The translations under genes and the position numbers were made by a program. Below, one piece after another: positions 30,460 to 32,000 of a stretch of DNA of 32,000 bases; within the stretch, counting starts at the first letter, position 1; each line of letters opens with the position of its first letter. The stretch lies in contig NC_017459.1 in the NCBI RefSeq assembly GCF_000237865.1, forward strand, positions 60,001-92,000, given 5' to 3'. The notes under the pieces are model-generated. The model was not told where the DNA came from. It made no database searches and saw only the letters and a program-made list of their open reading frames with translations. The stretch comes from Haloquadratum walsbyi C23. Its GTDB lineage: Archaea; Halobacteriota; Halobacteria; Halobacteriales; Haloferacaceae.

Positions 30460-32000
30460 ATGCGATTATCTCCCATGCGCTCTGAATCTCAACAACAGAT
30501 TCTGGTTCTTCATGTCGATGATGACCCCTCGGTCACAGACTTGACAGGAAGATTTCTCGAACGCGAGGATAACCGGTTCTCTGTTGAAACAGCAATCAGT
30601 GCAACAGAGGGGCTGGAGCGAATAATTGAATGCTCTCAACCACCTGATTGTGTCGTTTCTGACTACGATATGCCTGAGATGGATGGGATCGACTTTTTAC
30701 AGACTGTTCGGGAGGAATATCCTAACCTCCCATTTATTCTCTTCACCGGCAAAGGAAGTGAGGAAATCGCAAGTGATGCTATCTCCGCAGGAGTGACCGA
30801 TTATCTCCAGAAACAACCTGGAACTGAGCAATACGAATTGCTGACTAATCGGATTCAGAATGCTGTCCAAACACAGCATCAGAGGCATCGAGCCGAGCGA
30901 ACAGACGAGTTGATGCGTCTGACAGAGTTTGCTGGAGATACCGGCGGATTCGAAATCAACGTTGACACCGGTGAAGTCTTAATGACCGATGGCTGTCGAC
31001 GACTCGTCGGATTGGCTGACGACGCCACCCTCTCGCTAAAAGAAGCCATCAAACTCTATCATCCAGACGATCAACCAGAGGTACGGCAGGCTGTCAACCG
31101 GGCAGCCGATACAGGCGAGCAGACACAAGGGAGTTGGCGTCTTCAAGCGCTGGACAACATTGACCGCATCGTGGATGTGACACTTACGCCAGCGATACCG
31201 AGCCAAATTAGCCCTCATCCCAGCCACAGCATGAGCGAGGGGAAGACTGAGGATGAGACTGAGACTGACATCACTATACTTAGAGGTGCTATCCACGATG
31301 TGACTGACAGTCATCAGCGTGAACAGCAGCTTACCGAGCTCAACCGAGTCTCAAAGGACCTCCTCACAGCAGAGACCCAACAGGAGGTGGTCGATATCGG
31401 TGTTACCGCTGCCCGGGATGTTTTAGACTTTCAGGCAAATGCGCTTCATCTATCTGTATCTGAAACGGGGGATACACAGCTAGTGCCTGTAGCGCAGACC
31501 GACGAGCTCATGTCACTCCTTGATGAGGTCCCCACTCTTTCTGTAAGCGAAAGTATTGCTGGACGTGCCTATCAACGTGGAGAACCAGATATTATTGAAG
31601 ACGCGCGTCAGCACCCAAACGCTCATAATCCAACGACTAATCTCAGAGGGCATGTTTACTTTCCCCTCGCTGAACACGGCATCTTAATTGCTGGGTCCAC
31701 AGAGAAGGCATCATTCGATGATCAAGATCTTGCTGTCGGCGAACTGCTTGCAGGGGCTCTTGTAGCAGCGCTTGATCGCCTCGACCGTGAGCAGACCGCT
31801 CGACGACGGGCAAAGGAATTATCGCTCTTTTTTGAAGAATCACCGCTGGGGGCTGTCCAATGGGATGACAAGTGCCAATTTAAACGCGTGAATAGGCAAG
31901 CTGAGGAGATTCTCGGGTACAGCGAATCAGAATTACGTGGGGAATCGTGGGAACTCATTGTCGCTGACACCGATCTTGAGCGAGTGGGGAACGCTGTTGA
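30460..32000 (+). CDS. multidomain sensor: response-regulator receiver - PAS - GAF - PAS... (3' end outside window; probably a hybrid histidine kinase or Bat-like regulator)
   Basis: Frame 1 is open from the ATG at 30460 to the window edge. I translated it by hand; it is not in the ORF track because no stop lies in the window. REC: ILVLHVDDDPSVTDL...DCVVSDYDMPEMDGIDFL...PFILFTGKGSEEIASDAISAGVTDYLQK. PAS-like: GGFEINVDTGEVLMTDG...YHPDDQPEV. GAF-like: VVDIGVTAARDVLDFQANALHL...SIAGRAYQRGEP...GHVYFPLAEHGILIAG. A second PAS starts at LFFEESPLGAVQWD...NRQAEEILGYSESELRG. Confidence 0.8.
   Translation, partial: MRLSPMRSESQQQILVLHVDDDPSVTDLTGRFLEREDNRFSVETAISATEGLERIIECSQPPDCVVSDYDMPEMDGIDFLQTVREEYPNLPFILFTGKGSEEIASDAISAGVTDYLQKQPGTEQYELLTNRIQNAVQTQHQRHRAERTDELMRLTEFAGDTGGFEINVDTGEVLMTDGCRRLVGLADDATLSLKEAIKLYHPDDQPEVRQAVNRAADTGEQTQGSWRLQALDNIDRIVDVTLTPAIPSQISPHPSHSMSEGKTEDETETDITILRGAIHDVTDSHQREQQLTELNRVSKDLLTAETQQEVVDIGVTAARDVLDFQANALHLSVSETGDTQLVPVAQTDELMSLLDEVPTLSVSESIAGRAYQRGEPDIIEDARQHPNAHNPTTNLRGHVYFPLAEHGILIAGSTEKASFDDQDLAVGELLAGALVAALDRLDREQTARRRAKELSLFFEESPLGAVQWDDKCQFKRVNRQAEEILGYSESELRGESWELIVADTDLERVGNAV

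Overview
Core chromosomal segment of a halophilic archaeon (class Halobacteria). The proteins are strongly acidic and the spacers are AT-rich. A Haloquadratum-like host is my inference and is unverified. The centre of the window is a complete rRNA operon, 16S - tRNA-Ala(UGC) - 23S - 5S - tRNA-Cys(GCA), at about 6.9-12.8 kb, with promoter-like boxes upstream. The flanks are mostly housekeeping genes: pheT (5' partial), valS, pyrD, an AbrB-like small protein, MC1 chromatin protein, AMMECR1, and a NAD-salvage pair (nicotinate phosphoribosyltransferase plus an isochorismatase-family amidase) separated by a Tat-lipoprotein with an HExxH motif. Further on are pyrC, three universal stress protein (USP) paralogs plus a GNAT acetyltransferase, a DHH/DHHA1 RecJ-like protein, Hsp20, rps6e, several conserved hypotheticals, and a REC-PAS-GAF-PAS sensor ORF that runs off the 3' edge and is absent from the ORF track. 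An archaeal RNase P RNA gene on the minus strand (about 14528-14932) is also absent from the track. The most interesting material is mobile-element derived. One item is a 5'-truncated, multiply frameshifted IS200/IS605 (IS1341-type) tnpB relic whose 3' end and right-end hairpin still look intact and which abuts the RNase P RNA gene. The other is a nuclease-less copy of the same right-end signature directly upstream of the rps6e promoter; both could be leftover or orphan omegaRNA-like modules. I see no CRISPR array and no recognisable defence island, and most of the window is ordinary core genome.
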